A stretch of 64,000 nucleotides of DNA from Pocillopora damicornis (taxonomy: Eukaryota), in the NCBI RefSeq assembly GCF_003704095.1, contig NW_020844573.1, forward strand, positions 558,001 to 622,000. Reading direction: 5' to 3'. The notes under the pieces were generated by a model. It searched no databases and was not told where the DNA came from. It saw only the letters and a program-made list of their open reading frames with translations. Made by a program: the position numbers and the translations under genes. Numbering within the stretch: position 1 is the first letter of the stretch; each line of letters starts with the position of its first letter. Shown piece by piece: positions 31,610 to 43,806 of the stretch.

Positions 31610-32962
31610 ATGTCTTCTGCTGTAAACCTAACGGAGCAATTTGCAACTAACAAAAGCACAACTTCGGTGGAAGATTTCGATCGACTAGCCATCGTTCAAC
31701 TGATGTGCTACTCTATAATCACCGCTGCTGGTTTGATAGGAAATACCCTAATTTGCTTGGCTGTTTTTAAAAGACGCCGCTTGCGTATCACCGACGTTTT
31801 CGTCCTCAATTTGGCCGCAACAGACTTGGCAACTTGTGTAATAAGTATACCATTTGACTTTGTGGAAAGACTAGTGAAAGAGTGGCCTTTTGGAAACGTG
31901 CTGTGTAAAATCGTGTACCCTTTGCAAACCATTCTGATGGCCGTGTCTGTGTACACGCTGCTTTTCATGAGCTGGGAGAGACATCGTTCAGTTATGCCGC
32001 CATTTAAGCCAAAAATAAAAGCAAAACGAGCAGTTACGATAGTTTTTATTCTCTGGGCTGCTAGCATCAGTTTGGTCGGACCGTACATTGCCATTCTTAA
32101 AGCTGAAACCAGCGACGGTGTAACTCAGTGCATGGAAAACTGGCCTAAGAAATACCATCCCAAAGTGTTCACGCTTGCAGTTTTTATAGCTCTGTATGTG
32201 TTGCCACTTTTTGTAATCACCGCCAACTACATACGGATCAGTCAAAAGCTCTGGAGAGACATACAAAGAATGCATAAGGCGATTGGCGAAAGAAAACGCA
32301 ACGGTAAAAAGCCACTAGTGCAGGCGAGAGCTCAGCGCAATATGAGAATCGTCAGGATATTTATAATTGCGGTGATTGCCTTTTCACTCTGTATGTTACC
32401 CAACCATATCATGTGGATTTGGAAAGATTTTGGTTCGGAAAAGGGTCTCCGATATTTTGGTACCATAATCAATTTTTGCTATATCTTGGTTTACTCCAAC
32501 TCAGCCATTAATCCGTTCATATTTGTGTTTCTCCACAGACGGTACTGCCGGGATATTTTTAGCCCATGTGGCACTGTGAAAATGCTGGTGATTTCATGCT
32601 TAAGATTTCGATCGCAGGAAACTTGCAGCAATGCGAACATCTACAGAAAAAGCAAAATTTCGCGGAGAAGAGAGCGGCGCTCACAAAGAAAATCAAACCA
32701 TCTACCCTACACGATGCAGCTTGCAACACCACGAAGTGCACGAAGCACTTACGCGGCAAGAAAATTATTGCGGAATAACAGTTATTGGTGCAAAGAGCTA
32801 ATTCCTAACCTTGAGGCAAAAGAATATCGTGTTTCGTTCAGAAATGAGCCACTTCAGTCATTGAAAGATGGAGAAGATGTCGATGGAGGCAATGATGAAA
32901 GAAATCAAGTGTCAACAAAAAAAGTGAATTTTGGTGAAGTTGTCCGTATTGAAGCGCAATAA
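31610..32962 (+). CDS. Intronless rhodopsin-class GPCR of neuropeptide-receptor type (~450 aa)
   Basis: GLIGNTLI (TM1), NLAATDL (TM2), WPFGNVLCK, SWERH (DRY variant), YVLPL (TM5), CMLPNH (TM6), NSAINPFIF (TM7); N-glycosylation sequons in the N-terminus. Confidence 0.93.
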   Translation: MSSAVNLTEQFATNKSTTSVEDFDRLAIVQLMCYSIITAAGLIGNTLICLAVFKRRRLRITDVFVLNLAATDLATCVISIPFDFVERLVKEWPFGNVLCKIVYPLQTILMAVSVYTLLFMSWERHRSVMPPFKPKIKAKRAVTIVFILWAASISLVGPYIAILKAETSDGVTQCMENWPKKYHPKVFTLAVFIALYVLPLFVITANYIRISQKLWRDIQRMHKAIGERKRNGKKPLVQARAQRNMRIVRIFIIAVIAFSLCMLPNHIMWIWKDFGSEKGLRYFGTIINFCYILVYSNSAINPFIFVFLHRRYCRDIFSPCGTVKMLVISCLRFRSQETCSNANIYRKSKISRRRERRSQRKSNHLPYTMQLATPRSARSTYAARKLLRNNSYWCKELIPNLEAKEYRVSFRNEPLQSLKDGEDVDGGNDERNQVSTKKVNFGEVVRIEAQ

Positions 32963-35149
32963 ATATGTAGATCTCGCAGGTTAAAATTGCGATTCGCATG
33001 ACTTTCAAGACACTGGATACTTCGATTAGAAAGTTGTAAACATTTTCAATTTTAATTTTGCAATTTTTTGCGGTTCATTTTAAGCGAGGAAATGGGACGA
33101 AGAAGGCTATTGCCTGCCTCGGAAAGTTGGCCAAATACTACTAGGCTGACAAGTAACTGAATAAAACACAAATGACGTATTTCATTTCTATTATGATTTG
33201 CACAGCACAAAAACTTAACTGCATGAGTCCATCTACAATGAAAGTATAAAGTTCATTTAACGAGCAACGTTCAAAAAATGGCCAACTTGCGGCCGATCAA
33301 CTAAATATAAAAGTAAACGAGCAACTGAGATAAAGACAGGAGTATATATATGATAAATTATTTAAAATTGACGACTTGCCTCAGTTATCAAAGATTTGGC
33401 ACTTGCTCATAGAGCTCTATTTAATATATATTTTCTCGTAAACTAAGACTTTTGAATTTCATTGTTTGAAACCTTATGAGCACCAACTTTGATTGTTTTC
33501 TTCATAACAGAAGTCGTGGAATTTACAGTAGGTCATGGATAAAAAGAAAACCATGTAAAAATGAAAAAAAATTGATTTCGCTTGAATCACAATCATTTGA
33601 AAATGAAAATGGAAACTGACATTAATTTAACTTTTTCTCGGCGACAATATGGCACTATATATTCTCATGGAGATTAACTGCACACAGTTTCTTCAAGAAG
33701 CATTATAAATGAATGTGCATACGTTATTCTTCATACCAAGTGTATCTTTCGGTTCCCGTGCGATACTTTGCTGAATAGTCCACAGGTCAAAAAAAAAAAC
33801 TACAAAACAAATAGGTTTTCTTTGTACTTTATACATGAAACGACATGTGAATTTTATTTGGACAGAAATGCTCACGTACATTTACTGTGGCTTTTTGATT
33901 TACAGAAAGAATATTAGGTAAAACTTTAAATTTAACCACATTTTAATATTCCCTTACACACTGTCATATCATTAAGACAACTGTTTATTATCACTTTTCC
34001 TGTTTGACGATAGATGACAAGAATAGAATAAAGACAAAATCAATTGTTTTTAATATCAGGCAGCTACACTGTTTCTTCAAAAAGAAGACTACCGCGCTTA
34101 ATCTTCTAAACTGTTTAGTAGTTAGCATTTCTAATGAAGCCGACATTTGAAGTCGCCCAAGTTACATAAAAACTCAGAATAAGTCCTTTTTCATTGGATG
34201 TATAAACAGAACAGCTTTTACCGCTATTTTAATTTCAGCCTTTAGTGGTACATCACGCACTTAAATCCTCTTAACATCACTTAAGGGAACAAAATAAACA
34301 AAGGGTCGAAATGTGTTTTACATCTGTTCACTTTTGTGTATTCCGGTCAGTTGTATCACAACATTCTTCATGTATGAAACACTCAATATGTTTCCTTCAC
34401 GAATTGTTTGGACCTAGTGACATCGAAATATATAGAAAGATTGTACACAAACACTTTTTTAATTTCACATTTATACACCGTCTGGCCCTGTCGAAATGAC
34501 TTTTATACTCTATTTTCAATATCCGCGGAAAAGGAAACAGAATGGCAGTTTTTAGACAAAATAAGATTGTAAAGACGTATATGAATGTCTTTAATGTTTA
34601 CAATGAGCTGACTATCGGAAATCGCTCTCCTTTCAACAGCAGGGTATTGGAAAATTATTACTTTCAAGCTAGCACGCAAGAGGCAGCATATATATTCATG
34701 TATGTCATATTCAATAGTCGCCAATTAAAAAAACGGCGAAGCTATTAAGAAGACAAATTTCACTTTTCCTTAAAACGCAGGGAAATATTTGTCACGCGAA
34801 ATACAAAGATAGCAAAAGACGACACTGCGTGTTGAAAATCAACACATTCTGAAGACGTTAAAATTATTTATCACCATAATATATAAAATATATCGCATAC
34901 ATGGTCGTACGAGGGTGAAAAATATTGTATAAAAAAGAATAGATAAAGGTTGTCTTTATCAAAAGATAATGATGAGGGCATTAAATGTAAAAATTAATGG
35001 CACAAAAACTCTACGCGAGCAAAAGGCTAATCTAATTTTCGACTTGAAAATAAAACAAGCCTCATTAAGACGAGTTTTTTTTAAAAAAAAATTAATCACA
35101 CTACAGAAAGGTTTAAAAAGCACGCCATGTCGCCATGTTTAAAAACCTG

Positions 35150-36376
35150 GTTACCATCCTGACATCGTTATCTTTGCATGGGTAGCAACAAGAAGCACAT
35201 TCCCTGCGGGTTGTGAAGATATCCTGCTTTGAAAACAAGAGAAAGTGCGGTAATAAAATAATATCGATATGAAAGCGCACTTTATTTTGCCCTCAAAAAT
35301 AGCGTTCTCCGCTTAAAAGGCCGGAGGTCACGATAACACTTTTCATTCTTCTTTTCAGCAAGATACAATATGTTTAAGTTTAGGTGCATATTTGAAATTC
35401 ATTTTCATGATTTTGTGCACGTAAATATTGATTCTATTTCTCTTAAGATAATGGTATATACATATAAGATGACATTTAATGATTTTTACCGAATCTGTCT
35501 TCGCAGCATTGTGGGTAGGGAAGCAGCATTTTTTTCCCAAAAAGACTGAGCTGAGGAGATAAATAGGGGCTGGGCAAAGTCAAACGCAGGGCACAAGTTA
35601 TAGATAAACTGACTTGAAAAAACACATCAACTGTAGAGAGCAGTAATGGATATCAGAGTAAAGTAAAGGTGGTCAAGATTTTGTTTTTCTTTTTTGCGAC
35701 GATTTCTTTACGAGTTTAGCTTTTGGGCCAGTTGAGAGATCATTGTATTTTATTCGAAATTTTCATGATCAATAATCTACGCGAGTGATTGAGAAGGGAT
35801 GTTTAAAAATAGCGAAACATTTTCGACTCCAAAAAATGAGTGGTGGAATATTTTGTCCACTATGGGTTACCATCATAAAATGTGACGGCAAAATAAATGT
35901 ACAATTTATTGCGAAAAAAGGGTCTTTTATCAGCCTTCAGTCGCTCTCGTTTTCAGTGGGCTACTGAAATATGACAAGCGCTACCGGCCGTAGTTCGACC
36001 AGGAGGAGTCAACACCACTAGAACCCTATTACAAAATACAACACCTGCGCAGCTATAGGTGATGAAAAACTATAAACTTACGTATACCAACAGAACGAAC
36101 TAGAATGGTGTCATGGCTTTAGGATTGACCCAATTTATTACAGAAACATTTCGAACAAAACCTTTGTTGGAGGCCAGTTGTTTTGTGAATTGATGGTAGA
36201 CGTATTCTGACCGCTGATTCCGGCATTTGCGTGAGTTATTCGCAATATGAATTTGACTAAAACTTCCTGAAATTATTAGACACTAAACAAGATCGATATC
36301 AGTCGCCAACGAGACTCACCGACGCTATAAGACATCGAGAGGGATAAGATAAGACTAAACTCAAGTCAGTGATCAT
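35150..36376 (-). pseudogene. Possible decayed three-exon gene for a small secreted (PAN/apple-like?) protein
   Basis: Canonical splice signals near 36320 (GTCG|GTGAGT), 36266-36082 (TTTCAG|...|GTAAGT) and 35223 (CAG|). Signal-peptide-like first exon. Frameshifts are needed for a continuous reading. Confidence 0.3.
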
Positions 36377-36796
36377 GAAACCCTTCTTAAATAAATAATA
36401 ATTTACCCATTTAACAAGGAAGAGCTCTCAAAACTCCTCAAAACGTTCAAGTCCTTCAAGCCTTCGTGCAGAGGAAAACCAAAGAACACGAGGAAAATCT
36501 CTTCGAGCAAGCCCAGACACCAACCCCCTGTGGGGTAGGGTAGAGTGGAAATAAGGTTCTGAAAAACCCCAGGTGGGTGGTGTCTTATTCTCCTTAGGAG
36601 CCTAACCCCGTGCAGAATGTAACTCTTACCCCGTTGTTCGCGAATCGTTATTCACAAGTGCAATTGATCGACTTTTTGAATCATCGCACCATATTAAAAA
36701 ATCATTATTCCAGTTGTTTTTGGGGTGGAGTTTTATTACAAATGACTTTTTATCGACAGTCTCATCACCTTTTTTCAATACTTTCTAAGTGTTCCG

Positions 36797-39700
36797 TCAA
36801 CATTCGCGTCTCGTGCATCGTTCAGTTTGAAGGCTGCTTCCATTACATCTTTTCCCACCATACCTCGGACGTGGATCGTCACACAGCCTCCTTCTGGCGC
36901 GAAGGCCAGGCCCACAAGTTCGACCACAGGGAGACCAAGAGCTCCAGCGGCCCCAGTGGCCATGAACGGGAGCTGAAAATCAAAACACGATGACATGTAA
37001 ACAGTCTCCGACATCAAAGCTTTTTCTATGTATATGAGGCATTTTAAGCACCTTATGAGCGTGGAAAACGATGACAGCCCTAGCTTGTGGTTATCCGCCC
37101 TGCCTATTATACGTACCATAACACTCGTTTAGCGAGCATGTCCTTGGCTGCTTTTGAATTCCGTAAGCGCCCGCCCCAGGGCAGCGTGTTCGATCACCTG
37201 TCATGCAGAATCTCTGACGAACCTTCTGACATTTGTCATTACACGGACCAAACTTTGTCCAAGAACTCCACGCCTTGGAGCTTTCACCTATTCGAGTTTT
37301 TAAAACAGATAAATAAATAAATGAATACATAAATAAATGATTTAATTGATTTATTAGTTAACTAAATGACAGAGGAGTGAAATAATGCATGAACTAGTGA
37401 AATAGAGAAAGGAGAGAAGATACACAGCCTGGAATAACTCTTTCTATCCTAACATCAGTATGCATATTATCCATACTGTTGTCTATACATTTCCTTAAGT
37501 GTTGACAAGGAGATTTTAGTCGGTGATCATCTTCTTAATTCTTACTAGAGCAGTTTTCGTTCAAGTATCGAAAGCAATTCGGGACAGCATTGGTTTTGCT
37601 TTACTTCGCTCTGTATTTGTTCCAGAAAAATCGCACCACTCTCTGAACCAGTCAGATGCGCAACTGGACAATCACGACTTGATGGTCAGCGTTTTCTCGC
37701 GCTCTGTGTGGTTCGCTTGTTTTAACTTTGAGTTTTCATTGGCTCATTGAGGTATTTTACTTTCTTCTGATTGGCTGTTGTGATTACTTTAGTTCTACAT
37801 TTACAACACTCAATCGAAAAGCTCAGTGGTAAAACTAATGCAATCCCGTTTGATAAAAGCAATCAATTGACACTTACTTTTACAGTCGTACAGCGCATTC
37901 AACTGCTGTATGTCGGTTTCACTGAAACCTTTCCTTTGGCCGAGTTTCGATCCGGAATGTTTGATGGGTTTTAAAGTCTGTTTTCCATTCTTGGAGAATG
38001 CGTGACTCCCATAATGCATCAGGCTCTGGAAGTCGTACATAGCACCCAGGAAGTCTAACTTGCCATGCGGGTACTTGTTAAAATTATGGGCCTGACCTGT
38101 GATATTGAGATGGAAAGTAAAACTCGCACCTACCATATTCTTGATCTATGGTATATGAGCTCAGATGCCTTGTGCTGTAAACCAATCAAAACTCAGGAAT
38201 TGCAATATGCCGTGATCAGTCTCATTTAGAGAGATCTTAAATATTGTAACAATCATAAGACCAAGATGAACTCCCTCCCATCCCCCCGGAAACATTCGAA
38301 TTCCCTGTCGCGGTTGGATGCTCAACCAGGTGGCCAATGAGAACAAGATAGCGGTCAAACATGACGCATACGCAAATTTTGGTCAGTGGCGCGACAACTT
38401 CTGATGCAAAATTTTAAAAAGGATGAAAACAGCGCCCTCGCAAAAAATTTACGATAGAAAGGAAAATGTCTAAAAGGACACAAATGTAGGGAGGACAAAA
38501 ACTCGAGACTTTTCGAACACAATGTTTATTTGATAGCACGAGTCCTGTTCATCAAACATTGTCGGGCCATCCCTTAAGACAATTACACGTTTCGATATTT
38601 GCACTTGCGCAGACGTCTGGTCTCAGAGAACTCGCCGGCGAGTCAGAGTGTATACCTTTGGCGACATTCTCCCATAGTATCTCCACGTACTTGTTACGAT
38701 CCGTGCGTGACTGTTCATGCCAAAAGCCAGCAGCGTGCATAAGCTCATGCATTATGATTCCTTTCTTATCACATCCGGGACCGATGGAAAGAAGCTGGGG
38801 ACCTGGGATGGAGACCTTCTGACCTACGGACGACCAACAGCTGTAAAATTCATTGCATCAAAACTCAGTTTATACAATAGCGTATTTTAAAGTGGTCAGC
38901 CTCATCTATACGCGGGGGAGAATTGGCTGAAAATTATAAGCTGGGGGCGTTTGACTAATGGTTATGGCGTTTGATAGGAAATTCTTGATCAGAACCACAC
39001 AGGAGTACCCTTCATTCGCTCCTATTACCTGGCAGCCTTTTCGGGAAAACCGCTGACTAAGTAACTTCACTGGAAGCAAAATACCAATGAGATCAAGTGA
39101 AATAATTACAAGATCGCTATATCAAATTAACATGATTGCAAATGACTTGACTGCAAATATTGAGACCTTTTAAAATAGTTATGAGTGATATAAAAATCAC
39201 AACTTTTGTTCCCTTGTCTTACCCAGGCCGTTTCACGAAATAGATCCAGTGCGGTTCTTTCCTTCTCCGCGTGAAGCGTAAACAAGTGTATCGATGGAAC
39301 TCTTTAATGGCTGCCATGATTACACTCTTGACGCGATCTAAAAAGTAGGAAGTTAAAAGTAACAAGAGCCACCTCGTACCAAGCTATCATCCTGCAATTC
39401 CCATCATTCCAAAGTTTAATCCCCAGGTCAACTCGTGTGAAAATTGTGCGATTGCAAAGTTGGAAGTTGGTTTTGGAGCATTCTGATATAATATAGTTAG
39501 TTGGTTATCAGGAAAACAATACACAGCCACTTTAAGACTCACACAGAGCTGGAGATATTCTATACGGCAAAACACGGGTTTTCCACAGTTTTTGTCTGTT
39601 TCTTACAGCATTCCTCCTTATAACGTTATTTCCACCTTCAGGTCCATCTGCATCACCTTCCTCTCGCTGATCAACAAGGTGCTTATCTTCATCAGTCAAA

Positions 39701-40658
39701 ACAATATCTGCCTCGTACAGTCTGCCATTAACACCTGTAAAAGACGAAAACTAATTTGTTTTATCCAATTTCGTCCTGCGGTTGATCTCGCGAGCTGAGA
39801 GCAAATCCTCATTTCTGACTGATCCTTTGAAAAGCTATTATGTTCACAAGGCATTGGTTTGTTCATGAAAATCAAAATTTCTCTGGCATAATCTTTAGGC
39901 CGTGCACTCAATCCCGTTCAGTATTGACTTCGTTTTCTCCTTTCTTTTTGCCTCAGAAACATGCAAACTTGAGAGCATTTTTCCATACGTCAATGGTTCA
40001 CGACGAGAAGAACTTACTCACTGACACACTCAAATATAAAACTTAGGAGCAAATTCAGAAAAGAGATTTGTCATTCAGAGAGGATTTGAAGAAAAAACTG
40101 CTTCACATAAAATGGCTACATTGAGTTTTTACCTGAAATTAAGGAAATTACTAGTAATGTGATATTGAAAATTTCCATGATGCCTGATGATGTTTATAAA
40201 TCATTGAACCATACCAGTATTCAGCCCTTCTATGTGATTCAAGACTGCATCATCTGGCTTTTCTGATTCAATAGATTTTGTCTCTGCTCCATTCATGGAT
40301 GGATTGCCTGTAAGAGGAGTGACTATCAGTTACAACATATAGAACCACAACTGAGCGTAATGAGCATGAACACAGTGATCGATAGATGTGCATGTACTAT
40401 CGCGGTAACAAAAAATCACTACCGCGAACGTTCAAATTCCCAATCCAGACTTAAACAATTGCAACACTTATATTATTGTTTCTACGTTTGATTAGCGAAA
40501 TTTGATTTCTTGTGTTGTTCAGTTCTGATTTTTAAAGTACAGCAGCTCTCTATTTTGTCTGATCAAATAAATTTGGCAAATCACTAACCTGAAGCAAAGG
40601 GAAAACACGTGACACATAACCATATCATGAATACGAGCACAATGTTTCCTCGGAACAT
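36797..40658 (-). CDS. Astacin (M12A) metalloprotease with two TSP1 repeats, copy A. Exons about 40658-40589, 40307-40215, 39734-39543, 39337-39223, 38840-38656, 38095-37877, 37287-37115, 36972-36797
   Basis: Signal peptide MFRGNIVLVFMIWLCVTCFPFAS; propeptide LYEADI and RR/NA; [18 protein letters not shown]; Met-turn SLMHY; TSP1 WSSWTKFGPC and WGRWSSWSPCGRTCG. Confidence 0.93.
37548..37822. mobile_element. Dispersed MITE-like repeat family B. Other copies near 43610-43775, 47150-47408, 57545-57829, 59225-59487
   Basis: Shared blocks ggttttgctttacttcgctctgtgattgg, accaatcagatgcaaaa and gcgttttcccgcg. Ends resemble AGAGCAGTTTTC...GAAAACTGCTCT. Confidence 0.75.
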
Positions 40659-40723
40659 CTCTGAAGAAAGTCTTCAGGAAATTGTTTCGCATCGAAGTCC
40701 ATCAGACATCTTCGTCTTTTGAA

Positions 40724-40734
40724 ATTTATATAAA
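40724..40734 (-). promoter_or_regulatory. Candidate TATA box for astacin copy A
   Basis: TTTATATAAA about 70 bp upstream of the ATG at 40658. Confidence 0.45.
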
Positions 40735-40854
40735 TCTCTTTTAATCTTTAAACCTCAACCTGCGGGTTCATTGTGTTGGCACCTGTCTCCTGCTTGCTGC
40801 TAAAAACACGTGTTCTTTGGTTGTCCGGTGATAGTGTCGCACAATCGCTCGCAT

Positions 40855-41200
40855 GTTTCGGCCATCTTCGGGTGATAGGTCAGATCTTCGGACGAACAGT
40901 GGGGATTTTGGTTGATCGTGATATATCGGCCATTTACGAATGAACGGCAACGTCGTCTGAGATTTATCGATTTCCGGAATAGATCGGACGTCTTCGGGTA
41001 CCAGACAATATCTTTGAAAATTCTTCGATTTTCGACCTGTTATTAGAAAACGTCTTGTCCTCGGATAGATCGATCGCCCATCTTCGGGCGACGGACAAGA
41101 TCTTCAGAATTTTTTTACTTTTCGCACTATCCCGGGTAAAATGTCTCATCTTCGGATGACAAAAAACAAGATCTTAAGAAATTTCCTGGCATTTTGCCTT
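40855..41200 (+). repeat. Four dispersed degenerate copies of CCATCTTCGGGTGACGGACAAGATCTTCAGAA upstream of astacin A
   Basis: Copies begin near 40862, 40989, 41078 and 41146. Confidence 0.6.
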
Positions 41201-43806
41201 CTGAGAAACGAGAGTCCATTCGAGGACATGATCGCATTGCTATGTTCGCAGAACCTGTTAGGGATGTATTCGAAAACAAACACGAATGATGAGGACCTAG
41301 TAATTAGGTGCATGGCTCCGCTTCAGTTCGGAATTTATCTGGCTTGGAATAATTTAGAAACGTTCACCAGCTTCTATTAAGTTTTATTCAGCGTATACTC
41401 CTTGAAAAGCAACGTATTTCCTCGCATTTTACCAAAATTTTATCGGCTTCAGAAGTTGCTCGAGGTTTATTCTGAAGGTGAAAAGCTAACCGTTTACAGT
41501 GTTTATTTTATGATCTTATAACGTTAGGTTTTGGGGCGACTTGCTCCGTAAAATTCATTTTTAGAGAAAACACGCTTTAAAATAAAAAATTTTTTAAAAA
41601 AAGCTGGCTAACAGATAGAGTGTAAATGGATATCACCTCTGTCTTTCTGAATATTAAATCATTTTCATCTCGACAATAAGTTATGAGGAAAAGGTCGGAC
41701 GAGGCAATGAGCGACGAGCTGTGTGCAATTAGGCCGAGTGTAGAGTTGGCAGTAAGCTAAAGGTTACGTTGCCGAATGGGAGGCAGGAAGGCAAAAATTC
41801 TTAGAGACTTACCGGTCGGTGTGTGCATTTCTGTCGAAAGACCGCTAATCTTGGCTTTGGCTGAGGTCTGTTTTAATGCAGGCATTCCCTTGAGGTCGCC
41901 AGAATTCCGCGCTGTGCATTCCACGCTTTCTAGCTCTTTGCTGCATTCTTGTCGATAAGAATGGCAGACCGACACGTGCTTAACCTGAACACTTCAAGCG
42001 CAATGATTTTAAACAAGATTGTGAAGAGAGTCCATAAAATAATGTTATTTAGTGAGAAGATTAAACGGTAGATTAAAGAGATCATGATCTATGAATTACT
42101 TCGATCAAAAAGTACATATAAACAAGAGCTTTCTTTCAGGTTTTAAATTACCATGTGATATTTTCTTTCAGCAACGTTGTTTAGGTCGAAAATTTCGTTA
42201 ATTTATCATCATTCTTGGAAAAGAGCTTAAATTTCTCTTGCTAACACTATCGCCTGATTTGATAATTACGCAGATTAACGCATCCTGTTTCTACTTACTG
42301 TATCACCCCTAAATCACACTTTGAGGTCACGAAAATAAAGGAAATGATCACCAGCTAAAGAAGCTAAGCTGTTAATTTGAGCGAATTCTCCTCGTCAGCA
42401 CCTCAGGAAATGTACGGAGAATAGTCAAGAAAGGATGCATTGATTGATATTAGTTTGTAAAGGGTTAAATTTGGTAAATTATGGCAGGAGTACCTGTCAA
42501 AAGTTACAATACGAATCTCACTGGATTTAGAAGTCTTTTAGACGCTGTCTCGGTAGCGAATTTTCATTACGAAATATCTTAAGCGTAATCTTTCGACCAA
42601 ACTGTTGTCTTAAAACGAAGGTGAAAAATCAGTGGAAGACTGCAGTTTTCTGGCAGTTTAGACCTTGTGTGTGGGGGGGTTGTTTTATACTTTACGGGGA
42701 GAATGTTTTAAATTTTTACTTAGCGTTATTCCTGTTAAAAAGAAAACACCAATGAAGGGTGCTTTTATCCAATGTAGTTTCTGTTGTAGCTGCAGTAAGT
42801 GGTTTCAAATTCTTTTAATCTGTTGTTGCTTAGCGAGCTGCGTCTCTTGTTTATGAACTAAACCGAAACTTCTAAGCAGCCAAATTCCTTTTTTTTCAGT
42901 TTTTACTTAAAAAGCTTTTAAAAGACTCCAAAAAAACAGTATAACTGACAGAAGGGTTTAATAAATCTTACTTATAAGCTAATTTGTTTTTTCGTTTAAA
43001 GTTATAATGTTATTTAAAGCCTTTTAGGTGCCATCTCTCTTCCCAAGGATTTTTCTCGTTCTCTTTCGCTTGCGCCACATTTCTGACAAAAAAAATCAAA
43101 TCAAAATCACCAAAAACCATCTATATGGAAAGAATCTCAACACATAACGGCTTCCTGTATTCAAAGTTCGTTGTGTATCTAAACATAGGCTGTTACTTTC
43201 TTACTGACACTGAGCTAACGAGTGGATCGAGTGGAATCACGACCCACCTTTCAACTACTCGTACATATATTCTACTAATGTATGAAACTCGGAGTAATCT
43301 TGTGGTGTATTGATAAACGTGGATGATTTAATATTTGTGCAAATTTGTCATATGGACCGATATGAACTTCGGGTTATTCACGGTTATCGTCGAATGAGAC
43401 CAAAGTTATGGAGGAAAGGAATTTTGAGGTGGCGTCGATTTTTTCATGCAGCAACATTTTTCTGAACACGAGTCTTTTTAAGGCAAGGCAATTCTCTGAA
43501 AATGTTCTACGAAGGAGACATGAGATGAAAGGAACTGTTTCAGAGGATGAAAAAACGAGTTTGTGCATAAATGAGTGTATTTGATGGTATCACGTCAAAA
43601 CACTGAAGGAGCGCTTTTCGACTGGGTGTCGTAACACCTGAACCGAAGTAGTCGCATCGACCAACCAGAATAAAGCTTGATATCACTGAAAAGAGCCAAT
43701 GGGAACCACGATTGCTTTTAATTTTGCATCTGATTGGTAGAGAACGTATAGCGAGTGTTGTCTCGACCAATCAAAGAGCCAGAGGACGCAACAAATGAGC
43801 CTGATC

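Noticed and set aside
31708-32094. Antisense ORFs over the GPCR, FAM234 and LENG9-like exons
   Set aside because: Shadow ORFs of real coding sequence with no independent motifs
36775-37119. 114-aa minus-strand ORF and 127-aa plus-strand ORF over the end of astacin A
   Set aside because: Alternative-frame and antisense shadows of the GC-rich TSP1 exon
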